A DNA stretch of 63,495 nt, filler included, from Reticulomyxa filosa (Eukaryota > Protista > Foraminifera): assembly GCA_000512085.1 (NCBI GenBank). It is 17 parts of 17 records of this genome, joined end to end, with 100 filler letters (N's around TTAATTAATTAA, not from the genome) between each part and the next. Parts side by side here need not be neighbours in the genome. Positions count along the whole stretch, not along the records: positions 1 to 1,280 come from ASPP01048724.1; positions 1,381 to 7,900 come from ASPP01035920.1; positions 8,001 to 9,191 come from ASPP01003233.1; positions 9,292 to 11,055 come from ASPP01000637.1; positions 11,156 to 17,251 come from ASPP01000325.1; 12 more parts are not named here. One strand, given 5' to 3'. Numbering within the stretch: position 1 is the first letter of the stretch; every line of letters begins with the position of its first letter. The notes below the pieces were generated by a model. It did no database searches and had not been told where the DNA came from. It saw only the letters and a list, made by a program, of their open reading frames with translations. The translations under genes were made by a program, and so were the position numbers. Shown piece after piece: positions 1 to 12,046 of the stretch.

Positions 1-282
1 GAAGAAGACAATGATATACATATCATTGGAGGATTAAATGATAATAATATATTAGTAGCAACTCACATGAAGACTAATGTGCGTGTATGGGATCCTTTAC
101 AGTTGGTAATGATTTATTTGTGTTTGATTAAAATAAATAATAAATAAACAAATTATATTGCTTGTAATGAATAGTTAAAGAAAGAAATAATATTTATTAT
201 TCAACATTGGGTTCGAATTTTAATGATCAAATTTGTTTGGATCGAAGATTTTGATAAAATTATTATTAAATATATCAGATAA
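1..282 (+). CDS. 3' end of a kelch-like beta-propeller protein with a C-terminal 'IIQHW...WIEDFDK' helical exon (5' truncated)
   Basis: Exon 1-105 EEDNDIHIIGGLND...THMKTNVRVWDPLQL; GT-AG intron 106-174; exon 175-282 LKKEIIFIIQHWVRILMIKFVWIEDFDKIIIKYIR*. Resembles the end of the 13160-14413 kelch ORF (VHIFG...AHIKTKV) and its following exon. Confidence 0.75.
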
Positions 283-1280
283 ACTATTGAAGATATTGTT
301 CACGAGATATACACGGTTGGTCCGCACTTTAGAGAAGTAAGCAACTTTTTGTGGCCATTCAAGCTGAACTGTCCTCGTGGTGGATACCGACTTAGAAAAA
401 GAAGACATTTCAACGAAGGTGGATCTTATGGCAACTGGGAAAATTACATCAACAACTTTGTTAACCGAATGTTGTGATGTGGATGTTTTTTTTTATTTGT
501 TTTTTAACCTGGATTATTTGGAAGGAGGAAAAAAAACATTCTAATTGCTCTCCTGCCAGTTTCGTAAGGAAGTGAATTTTCTCTAAGTTCAATAACACAA
601 TTTTATTGTGCATCCACGACTTTTTGAAAAAATTTCGCAATTTTATTTTACGTCCTGACCCCCTTGACACTCGTAACACGTTGGCAAAAAATAAACTAGG
701 ATTAACTCAATGCTTTAAAATGCAAGTTTATTTAAATATTGATTTTGCCACTTGAACTTAATAATATTGCTGTTTTATTTATATCAGCAAAGAAAAGAGC
801 TTTGATCTTTTATATTTAAGACGATACACTCTTTTTGTCCATTATACCCACAAAAAGGAGTAATTGTGAAATAATATGAAAATTCAAAAGGTAACTAATA
901 ACGTAATAAAAAAAACAAGCGGTGATTTAATATTAAAAAATAGATTTAAAGTATACATAGTTCGCAATCGATCTTGTAATTTGATTCGATGGCCATACTT
1001 GTTGTTCAACTCCTGAAGGCCTTATATACATATGGAACGCTCACAAGCACTATCATCATCATGAGCACCAAGATTGAGAACATTATCTCCAGAGACACGA
1101 GCTATGCCATTGTTTAGAATCAAATGCTTGTATAAAGTTGAGCAGATTCAACAAGAAAGTGTTACTTTGAAGATTAATAACATTTTCCCTGCAAAAAAAG
1201 TGTGATACATAATTTAGGCTAGGTATATAGATTAATAATTATATATAGGTCATCTACAGCAGTGTAGAAGACAAAACTCT

Positions 1281-1380
1281 NNNNNNNNNNNNNNNNNNNN
1301 NNNNNNNNNNNNNNNNNNNNNNNNTTAATTAATTAANNNNNNNNNNNNNNNNNNNNNNNNNNNNNNNNNNNNNNNNNNNN
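1281..1380. other. Artificial contig-joining spacer (N44-TTAATTAATTAA-N44), first of 16
   Basis: Identical 100-nt spacers with stops in all six frames at 1281-1380, 7901-8000, 9192-9291, 11056-11155, 17252-17351, 20151-20250, 21716-21815, 23378-23477, 25583-25682, 36547-36646, 37912-38011, 41009-41108, 42432-42531, 52982-53081, 55984-56083 and 62004-62103. Confidence 0.98.
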
Positions 1381-1619
1381 AAAAAAATTCGTTTGAGAAA
1401 AATTAAAAAAAAGAATGAGAAATAGAAAAGAAAGAAAAAAAAAGTTTGAAATAAAAATGAAAAAAAAAATTTAAAAATGATAATTTGAAAAAAAAGAAAA
1501 AAAAGATTAAAAGAGATAAAGAGAAAAAAAAGATAAAAAAAAGGATAAAAAAATTCAAAAAGGGAAGGGAAATTGAAAAGAAAAAAAGGGATTTATCCCA
1601 AAAATCATTGGAAAAATGC

Positions 1620-4100
1620 GCATTAGCGCATGGTTGAAAGAAGAAGATGATGGGCAGAATGATGTGAAGAACGCCCAAGAAAGAGATCAAGTTTGCTGTT
1701 CGGGCGAAGAACGGATTGTTTGGACTGGCAAGTTGAGGTCATTGGCAGTTTGGGCGACGAACACGAAATGATTGGTGTGGAAGTAAACTCATTGAATCAC
1801 ATTGGAACAATGGCAAAGTCCTTTTCACCGCATTCGACGATCTTCAGTATTTTGCAAAGCGCTCCGAAATCGTTGAAGTCATTAAGTAGGCGGCAGGCTT
1901 GGAGCAATCACAAATCCAACAGCAGCAACATAAGCAAATCTTCAATCTGCAAAAACATATACAAAAAATAGGTCAGATTGAAAAAAGTTGCGCTCCAGCA
2001 TCGAATTGGGCAATTGCGAGGTTTGACAGATCCTCGAACCCAATAATCATTCAGTCGAAATCGACGATATGGTCAGACGCGAGTCAAGCACAACCGGTGA
2101 TGGGTCAAAACGAAGAAAAAAGATCACATAGCAATTATCAATAATGCCGGGAACTGGTAATCGAATGCGAACAGTATGTGGAAAGACTTAGCCAAATGAC
2201 AAAGTCAAGTATCAAGACGATTTGTTTCATTTCAAGGTCGGAGATAGCACGCAGTTGTCAAAGCGCAAAATTGGGTGATTCGTATTACTTGAACAAGAGA
2301 TAGAGCAATTGGGATAATTCGTTTCTTAGGAAAATCGATTTTCCAATATCAAATCGCAACTGGCATTGCGTTGGATGAGTGGCAACTCTCTTCAAACAAG
2401 GTATTGTGAATAGCAAGGAGTAGCCGACGACCACTATGATTGGATTGACCCAAGAAAAAAAAAATCAAAGTTAGCGGCAGTGTTGAATTGGCTCGGGGTC
2501 GTAAAAGTGTTATGAAATGTATCGGCGTGGCTAGGTTTGTCGTTGCGAAGAAATGCTAGTAATCGAGCTCGATGATAGGTGGATCGATGGTCAATGATGG
2601 GATAAATGTTTCCAAGTTCACTACAAAAAAAAAACTATACTTACTTTGTATTATCATAGCTGTGTGTTTCAATATAGTGTGCGAAAAACGGTGGATACTT
2701 TGCTCGTTGGATTTCGGTGGCAAACACAACAGAGAAAGACGTGAAGAAGAAACTGATTTCACGAAAGGATAGATCGTTGGTTTGTATTTGTGCAAATGGA
2801 ACTCTTGCGGCACGATGGCACATTGTGAGGAAAGAATATTTTGAAGCCAACATATGTCGTGGTCACTTCACGCAAAAAGGCTTCATTTCTCAAGTGATGG
2901 ATCCGAAAACATCCACTGCGACTTCCAATTCAAGCCCAACAGTTGTATAGTTTTCGTCAATAGAGTGGTGACAGGTGGCGTTGAATAGATTGGATCAACC
3001 TTTTCGCTTTCGTCTCGTCTTGCAAAGATGCTGCTTCCAGGTAACGTGTCAAATGTGATATCACCATTGGTATTGCCATCGTGAGCGTTCGCGGACCAAT
3101 CATCCAACTCAATGCCAACAACTTCGCTCTCGGCAAAGGCATGGTAACCAGAGAAAAAGAAGACGGAAAAGGCAAAGACACAATTGAAAATTGAAGAAAA
3201 GGTCAATTCAAACAAGAATCGTTCCAGAGTGGTCAAGTATATTTGTTCGGACCACATCACTGACCGAGAGATCATTGGCATTGAATTAAGTCCGTTTGTC
3301 TGTTTAGAAATAATTTTTTTAAATATATAATGATATGTTGCGTTTTCTTATAGACGTATGGACTCCTGATGATTAATCAATACCGTCTTTCTGGTTTGTT
3401 TGTTTTTTGTCTTTGTTTGTTGTGTGATATTTGTTTGAAGTCAAAAGATATATATCAATTGATAGTAACTTGGCTCGAATGTAAAATGTCGTGTCCAAAA
3501 GGAATAGGTACGTTCGCCAAACGAAGATCATTCAATCGGTTCCAGAAACGATAGCAACAAACGACAGCAACGACAAAAAAAAAGTTAATCTGACTATATT
3601 TTTTTTTTTTTCAAACGATGTACAATATTGAACTTTGAAATTTTGAAAAATAGACAATACCGTACATTGGAAAAGATGCGAAAGTAGACGACGTATACGG
3701 CGTTGGATTTAGAAACGAATCCCTAAAGATACTGGTGGGCAAATGAGATACTTCACCTGCAGGTTTGTTATTAATTGTCAATTGCAATTGAGATAAAACA
3801 AAATTCAATAATTATGCTCTTTTTTTTTTTAAAAAAAAAAAGACCTCGACGGCAGAATCACGTAATCAAGATGGAGACCAAGCGAAATTGCGCAGTGGAC
3901 GATGGACACATAACATAAATTGAAGAAATGGATGAAGGAGAAATATATGGTATCGAGATCAATGGTCAACAAACGCTGATGTGGGACGAACAATGGAATA
4001 TCTCCAATTTCGAGATCGGCTCCAAGTTTATGGCGCTGAAGAACAATCGAAACGCATAGATGGACCACTCGAGTCAAAACTGGTCGTGTGCGTGCGCAAC
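1620..4100 (+). pseudogene. Decayed multi-CAP-Gly domain protein, probably with a downstream SAM-like domain
   Basis: Repeated broken CAP-Gly signatures: VIGSLGDEHEMIGVE (~1735), GIIRFLGKSIF..TGIALDEW (~2310-2380), VELARGRK.VMKCIG...EMLVIELDD (~2480-2575), TDFTKG*IVGL...KEYFEA..RGHF (~2750-2870), VVKYICSDHITDREIIGIEL (~3230-3290), CPKGIGTFAKR (~3490), YIGKD..DDVYGV..RYFTC (~3660-3760). W.PSEIAQW...IEINGQ at ~3870-3970 is SAM-like. Many stops and frameshifts. Confidence 0.7.
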
Positions 4101-6490
4101 TTTGGTTATTGAGCCATATGTGTGTTGGTGGGAGAAATCACGAGCTCGCAAGCGACATTGAGCATTGATAATTGACGAATAGAGGTAGATAGAGAGAGAG
4201 AGCTAGTGTGCGTTTTGGCTCAATTGCTACAAGAGTCAGTTACCTTGAGTCTGTCGAACAAGCGTCTGTTATCTGTGATGAACCGTTCCAGGATCGACTC
4301 TGTACTAACAGACGATGTATTGGATACGAAATAATTCGTAAGTTGTATTTTCCCAACATTTGGAGGACAATGAAGTACGAGTCGCCAATTTGCATTCTTT
4401 TTGCATTAATATCGTCTTTCTTGCTATCTTACGTGCCATGGTTCTTACGCGATTCAAAAGTCAAAATTCACGTCGACTTAAATCCAACGCAAACAAAAAA
4501 AAGAAGAACAAACAACTAATATTGTATCGTCTGTTCAATGTTGGATAATATTCTTTTTTGGGAATGCTTGCGTCCATTCGACAAGACCAAGGTGCGTCCG
4601 TCATCACAAGAGCGACCAGAACTGATATTATTGCAGCAGCGACTGAATTGGAAGACAAAGAATAAGAAGAAGATGACAACGATGATGAGGAAGATGATGA
4701 TAATGAAGAAAGCAAAGATTATTCCATTACCATACCGCATTAGATTTATTTTAAAACAAAGAAAGACCGCCTGTCGACTTTACCTTGGTTATGGAATGGC
4801 TATCCACACACACAAGTGGCGACTTTGCGCATCGTCAAATATATACTAACTTCACATAGTACGCCCCCACCAATTGAACTTGCTTGACTGTTGTGACAGC
4901 GCTCAATGATGATTATGATAATGGTGACAACGACTCAATCAATGTTCTTCTATTTATTGGTCAATTGTTTTGAGACATTGGACCGCAAAAACCGCATTAC
5001 TCGAATTCAAAAAATGAAAGGGTCTGATATTGACAAGACCGTCACTCAAAATAGTAGCTCTAGATGACGAGCTTTTCAATGAAACAAACTTCCTTCAAGT
5101 CCGTTCAATCGTCCAAAATAACAGAATACTTGATGGAAGAAGGGCCATTGAAATCAAAGCGCGCATTCTACATAAGAACCCAATGAATTGTTGTTATCCT
5201 GTTGGTCATTTGTGCGCCTTTCTCTTTCTTGTTACCATTCTATAATCGTTCCATTGCTTGAAAAAGTTTTTTTTTGTGTACATATCAACATAACATCTTT
5301 ATACGTATATTGATTATTTATTTGTATGTGGTGTGTGTTGTTTGAAATTTTTGAATAGATATTGAAAGATTTGCAAGTGGAAATGGACTTACATTACATG
5401 GGTTTTGTATTGCAGATGGGCAAGCTGTTGCTGTTTACATTGCTATTCGTGCTGTAGTGAGTTCCCAGCAATGATGGCAACGGTGTGCATCGAATATTGA
5501 TAATGATATTGCGCTTTGAACAGAGTATAATTTGAAAAAAATTGAAGATCCATATCGTGTAATGTTCCAATGATTTATTGAAAAGAAATGAACAATCGAA
5601 AGTGGAAAGCTGATCATTATCGTAATTCCAAGTTATAATGTTTTCTTATAATGTGATGGAAACACATATGATCAATGCACACGTACATAACATAGGTCAA
5701 TAACTGTCTGTGTATCAGTTGGAAAGTGCCAGCAAGCAAAGTTGAAGTAAAGTTCAAACGCCAAGTTGGTGGCATATTCAGTTGCAAGTATTTGACACGC
5801 CTCAAATTTTTTTAAAAATATCTGTCTTTTTGTTTGAATTTTGTTCCTCTTGATTTTTTTTTAAAATTAATTTCAACGCACTTCCTCCAGCTCACCTAAT
5901 ATCGAATTATATTCATCCTAAAAAATTTCTGAATTTTAATATTTTAAATGTAAAAGAACATCGAAAATATCCAGATAGATTCAATTTAATTTTCATTTGT
6001 GTCTTGAAAAAACTAGTAGTTGGAATTAATGATTTCTATTGTTTAGAGTTAGTATCAAGAAAAAAAAAAATAGATAGTTCAATTTATATCAAGTATTGCA
6101 AAAGAGCCAAACATTAGCATCGATTGTGCAAAATAGGAATTCTTGACAGAAAAAAGAATTATCTTGTAATACAAAAAGTATACCAAGTTTGCAAAAAAAA
6201 AAATTCAAAACTTGCAATGCCAGTTTATATTTAATTGTCTCCATGATTGGACTGAACTTTTGATTGTTGAATAGTTTACAAGAAAAAGAAAATCAAACAA
6301 TATGTCTGATCAATGCACATCCTTACAAACAACATATTTTTTGGTTATTGAGTAGCTCTAATCAAAAAAATGTTAAATTGCCACTGTAAACGATGAATTG
6401 AATTGTTCTCTTTTAGTTTATTCCTCGCATAATATCTTTAACCAGTTGAGTTCAAGTGTAGAGGCCATGTCCAAAAGGCTCCGGCGTCTC

Positions 6491-7900
6491 TCATATCCAT
6501 CTTTGGAGCATTTTTTTTGGAAGTTCGATAATAACAGCTTCAGTAGTGGTCATCAAACTAGCATCTTGCAAGGCAGTACAAACCACTTTAACAGGATCAA
6601 TGACTCCTAATTCGTGTAAATCACACCATTGATCAGTTGCACAGTCATAATGATATCTTGAACCTGCTTTTGAATTTTCCAGCAAATATACTTTCTTCTT
6701 TACGACTATTTCGAATAATTGCAATAGCTGGTAATTGGATAGCTTTTCGTACAATATCAATATCCACTCTTTGATCTTCATTATCGAATTCAACACTATC
6801 TAATATTTTGGTACTGTATAACAAAGCAATCAACAGCTGCTCTAGTGGCATTTAATGCATCATTTATTCGATATTTTTTTTCATTGAGAGTTACGCTCAT
6901 CAATGTCTTCACGTTTCCCAGATCCATTTAATATTGTCGTGTCATCTTTTGTTATTGCTATGCGTCCACAACGACCCAAGTCACCCAATTGCACATCCTC
7001 AATTTTTTGTCCAAGGTCTTCACTCACAACTTGGCCGCCAGTTAATATTGACATATCACGCAAGCTGTTTTTTCGCACATCTCCAAATCCCGGAGCATAA
7101 CCATCATTTTTTCAAACAATGTACAAGTTAGACTATAACATACAAATATATGCATATATACTTGTTCCATAAGACCGGCCAAAGCAGCACCACTTGACAT
7201 TTTTTTGTCGGCAAATAACAGGACGGGATTATCATATTCCACGATTTGCTTTCTGGCATCGGTGATGAACCAAGGACTCAAATAGACTCGATCGAATCTC
7301 ATTCCCTCCACCACTTCCAACGTATCATCAAAGGATTTTTACCGTCGACGACACGAAATATGCCTTGATTTCCCATTTTTTCAAATGCGTCTGCTATCAA
7401 CTGACCCAACTTGCGATCGCCGTTTGCCGAGATCGTCGCGACCTTAAATATCGAGTCTTTGTCTTGCACGAGCTCGGCTATTGATTTCAAGTGTTCCAAT
7501 ACTTTGCTTACTGCTTTATCGATGCCTCGTTTTACGTCCATCGGATTCAATCCCGCCGCAACTGCTCGACAGCCTTCACGGAATATTGCTCGGACTAATA
7601 CTGTTGCTGTTGTGGTTCCTTTTTATAATACAGTCATTATTACAACTACTCTTTGAAATTTCTGGAAATATCTAGTTTCATTACATGTGTTATAAATATG
7701 TCTATGTGTTTGCATACCGTCACCAGCTACGTCATTGGTTTTGGAAGCAACATGTCTGACAAGTTGCGCGCCTAAGTTCTCATACTTGTCTTCAAATTCA
7801 ATGTTCTTTCCAACTGTCACACCGTCTTTTGTAATTTTTGGCGGCCCATAGCTGCTTTCAATTGCCACATTTCGTCCTCGAGGACCGAGCGTGATTTCTA
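6491..7900 (-). pseudogene. HSP60: Group I chaperonin (HSP60/GroEL) pseudogene, intron-retaining, 5' truncated by the contig end
   Basis: [26 protein letters not shown]|TTTATVL (intron ~7620-7717), ATISANGD, VEGMRFDR, APGFGD, ITKDDT, DALNATRAAV and GVIDPVKVV motifs spread across several frames with frameshifts, a stop and internal deletions. Confidence 0.9.
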
Positions 7901-8111
7901 NNNNNNNNNNNNNNNNNNNNNNNNNNNNNNNNNNNNNNNNNNNNTTAATTAATTAANNNNNNNNNNNNNNNNNNNNNNNNNNNNNNNNNNNNNNNNNNNN
8001 AAAAATAAAAATAAAAACAAAAACAAAAACAAAAATCAAAACCAAGCGAAAATAAAGCAAGAAAATTCCAGAAATAGTCAGACCAAAGAAGAAACAAAAA
8101 AGAAAAAACGG

Positions 8112-9191
8112 GTGGCATTTGCAGACCCTCTGCCGATGGAGGAGGCGCAAAGCATTGTCCCATTCCCGATGCAAATGGAACACATGCAATCCCCTGAACC
8201 TTCAGAGCAGCAGCAGCGTAGTCGGAATGGCACATTGGAGACATTGAAACTGAAGCCGCAAGGGACGCTGAGCAGCTACAGTCACAACCGAAGCAAAACC
8301 CCAGACCCGGTGTACTATCGTCAATTTGCAGGCGTAACCCGCACGGGAACAAACACGATCACGGCCACTCGCACCGACACAGCAAACACAAGGTTCACTC
8401 CACTGACACTTGGGTTCTCCCATGTTGGCACCGTATTTACCAGTCCGTCTCAAACTGCCGGTGATAAGGCATCTTTGCATCAAATCAGCAGTTTGCAGTT
8501 GCCTAGCGCAAAGCTGCCCAAGCGTACTCAAGCTGAAAATAGCAATGGAAATGGACACAGTGGTGATGAAGATGATGACGACGAGGAAGAAGAAGAGGAA
8601 GAAGAAGAGGAAGAAGAAGAAGATAAAGAAAAAGAAAAAGAGGAAAGAATAAAATATGAACAACTCTACCACTTAACTGTAAATGACTATGATCGAGGGA
8701 AACAGCGGTCTCGTTCCACAGGTCGCTTGGAACGCCACACGCATCACGATCTCATGAAAGGCTCACATGACCCATCTTATGCACAGGCGAGCAGAGGTCC
8801 TAATGCAATTCAACACTCGGAAACAGATGTTGTTGCCAATGATCACGCTTCGCCAAATCGTAACAGTTTAATACATTAATGCAATCTCATTCATCATTGT
8901 ACACATATACATACATATGTGATAATGATGTGTGCAAAAAAAAAAAAAAAACACGTTATTTTATGTTGTTGTTATCATAATTGATTGCAAAAATAACCAA
9001 TGATTGACGATCAACATAAATCCAACAGAAAAGCAAAAGACAGAGCCACGAAGACAAGGCACGGAAAAAGGCATGGAAACATCGCACAACAATAGCGAGA
9101 GCGAACAAAGTAACTCCCATGAGAGTGTCCAAGACGATGTAGACAAGGAGAATGAAGAAGAAGAAGAAGAAGAAGAAGAAGAAGAAGAAGA
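8112..9191 (+). CDS. Partial low-complexity protein with poly-D/E tracts, function unknown
   Basis: 255-aa ORF with S/T-rich and DDDDEEEE segments, an AT-rich intron-like stretch at ~8865-9000 and a further acidic exon-like ORF running to the contig end. Confidence 0.5.
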
Positions 9192-9911
9192 NNNNNNNNN
9201 NNNNNNNNNNNNNNNNNNNNNNNNNNNNNNNNNNNTTAATTAATTAANNNNNNNNNNNNNNNNNNNNNNNNNNNNNNNNNNNNNNNNNNNNTTAAAGTCT
9301 CAATGAAGACTGTTGCCAGCAAACTGTAATCCACGTTTGGGGGTCCCAGGAGTTGGAACACACAGAAACAACATTTGTTTGATAATTTGGTTCTCGGAAG
9401 CCTTTGGCTTCCTCGCGTTCCGATGGCGGATGCCTTCGGCCTCCGCATTTCGAATGTTAGAAACTTTCTTTTTTGCCATCTTGCCATGGGAGATGTATTT
9501 GGACATTTGTCCCTTCCCTAAGACTTAGGCTTTGTTCCCCTACTTTTGGTTTGAGTTTGCCAATGATGATAAAGGGATATATATTTTTTTTTTTTTTTTT
9601 TAGCCTTGTTATCAGCGAGTGGGTTTTGGTTTTGCCCGAGGTCCATTAGAAATTACCAAACACAAAAAATAGGTATTTGCCTCGAGAACTAAGCGTCGAA
9701 CACTCTTAAGGCTAAACAAGGATCGCCCGTTGCTAGTAAAAGAGTTACTATCTCAGTTACCAGGAGTTTGCACCACGGTACGCGGTAAGTTTTAAAGCAC
9801 TTAACCGACGACGGAACCCCCAAAAAATGAATTGCAACAAAAGACGTTGCCACCTCAGTCCCAGGACAATTACGAGTACAACAAATGAACCAGAAACATA
9901 GAAAATGATCA

Positions 9912-10200
9912 ATGAACGAGTTAATCGTTTTCCAGAATAATATCAACGGCTTCGATTCGAAAGCTCACGGAGAAAAGAGTTATCGTAACATCCAAAAGAT
10001 TAGTATCCATTACAAGTGCTCTCAATAAGAAAGTGTCGTTGTTAGTTTCGACTTGGAGTCATTTGAAAAAGAAGTTGATTGAAGCAACGAAAGTAACAGA
10101 ACACTTTGCGGACTTTATTGTGAATAATTATCCATTCGATCTGCACCAAGGACCAATTACAAAAGAAGAGGTCATTGAATCACTGAGTGAACAAAGTGCA
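9912..10200 (+). mobile_element. Possible degenerate remnant of an APE-type non-LTR retrotransposon ORF2
   Basis: MNELIVFQNNINGF at 9912 resembles the APE endonuclease N-terminal motif (h-h-QxNhNG); GPITKEEVIESL at ~10150 resembles the pre-RT 'hTxEEV' helix. No intact RT motif found. Confidence 0.35.
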
Positions 10201-10609
10201 ACGATCCGATAAAACAAAAAAAATTATTTTAATATCCTTCATCATCATATAAACTTTTGAAAAAAAAGCTGTCTTTTGAAGGAAAAAAAGACAAAACAAC
10301 TAGATACTGCGATATCTAGCAGCAGTATCTGAAAGAAGATCGAAGTTAATCTTCGATTATTAACAACGCTTTCCGTCGTCAACAAGATTGTGACGAAAAC
10401 AGAACAAAGACCAAAGAAAAGAAACTTTCAACTATATAAAAAAAAAATTTCAACTAGTAAAAATTTTTTTATCATTGGCTAACTAAAAAAGCCAACAGGG
10501 GCAAATGCCGAAGCAAAAGGGAGTGGCAAAAATGCCAAAATACATCCTTCAATCACAGATCGGCATCTCATTAACGAAAGTTTTCGGACTAGGTGCCAAA
10601 AACACTCGA

Positions 10610-10790
10610 GAAGCCTATGGAGGACCGGAAACTAAAGAAAAGGCCTACAAAGGCCCGGAAATCAATGAAAAGACCCGGAAACCAACAAAAAGGCCACCGG
10701 AAATTACGGAAAAGCCCACAAAGGTCCGGAAACCAACGAAAAGGCTCTAAAGGCCCGAATCAACGAAAAGGCCTCAAAGGCCTGAAACAA
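10610..10790 (+). repeat. Degenerate ~20-30 nt tandem repeat (consensus ~AAAGGCCCGGAAACCAACGAAAAGGCCT)
   Basis: About 6-7 imperfect copies of ccggaaac/aaaggcc units are visible; they translate to KGPEINEK / RKPTKR repeats. Confidence 0.65.
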
Positions 10791-12046
10791 AAAAAAAAAA
10801 TGCTTCAACAATTTTTATGCTATAGTTTTATTTAATTTTGTAAGGATAACTGAGAATTTTTTTCATTTTAATTTGATTGATATTTAACCTTCAAAGCATA
10901 TGACGTCACTATTTGCTGAAGTTTCGTAGAGTCTGAGCGTGGTTCCAAAGGGATCCTTGGATTCCCTCTGAACTGCACAGAGGCGAGCAATGCTACTGTG
11001 TGATCAAAAAGTTTTGTGGTTAAATTGAGATCATTTTGAAATGATATAAAATGATNNNNNNNNNNNNNNNNNNNNNNNNNNNNNNNNNNNNNNNNNNNNT
11101 TAATTAATTAANNNNNNNNNNNNNNNNNNNNNNNNNNNNNNNNNNNNNNNNNNNNTTCATAGTGCCATTTAGGTATGACAGTTTTTTTTGCAATCTACTT
11201 TATATAAAAAATTTACTATAAAAAAACTTTTTTTATCAGCTTGTTTTTTTGACTTTTGTCTTATTTAGCTTTCGCAACGAACTTTACATAAGACAAAATC
11301 GTTGAAAATCTTTGAAATGATTTTTCAAATTCTTTTATATGTCTAGTTTTCATGACTATAATCTCATTCAAATAAAAATTTTTTGTTATTTATCAAAATG
11401 AATTTTTTTAATTTATTTTGTTTTTGAAAGATGCAATAATATCAGTGAAGATAATTCGTTTAGACTTACATTTTTTTAATATCAAACTTCATCCTAAATT
11501 TTTTTGGATTTCGGCTGAACGTTAGCACCCGTTGCATGCTTTGGTGTGTTTTTGCGATTAATTGTCTAATCAAAACACTTTTTAATCAAAGTTACAACTT
11601 ATTAAAATTTTATTAACAGATATGTGCAATTTCTGTTTTATTCTTTTTTCGTGCTAGACAAATAATATTCACATTTCTTTTTGGAAAGAGTTTATTAACT
11701 TTGATATGGTTTTTCAATAATATAAATATCGAAAGCTACCAATTAAATCAAGATTTCTAAATTAATATTTAGTCCTCTTTGTATATATTTGCTAGTGAAA
11801 CTACAAAATTTTACATACAAATAGGACAATAAATGTATTTACTCAGAATATCGCAATTAGATATAACTTCATTTTTTAAAATGCAATAATATTCTATCAA
11901 GGCAGTTGAGATTAGCATGGGAAAAAAATAATGACTAAACATATTTGATTACAACGTTGCTACTTGAAAAATTTTGTATGAAGAATGTTTTGTTAAAAAC
12001 TAAACAAAAATTGGGATTCTTGATTGGATTTATATTGTTGGTGTTT

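Noticed and set aside
1325-1336. Regularly recurring TTAATTAATTAA palindrome as a repeat, CRISPR array or att site
   Set aside because: Always centred in N44 flanks; an artificial six-frame-stop linker. ORFs ending in XXX..LIN are artefacts.
1403-1690. Phe-rich 'membrane protein' ORF, and similar ones at 8202-8672 and 42887-43321
   Set aside because: Antisense translations of A-rich or GAA/AAT low-complexity sequence.
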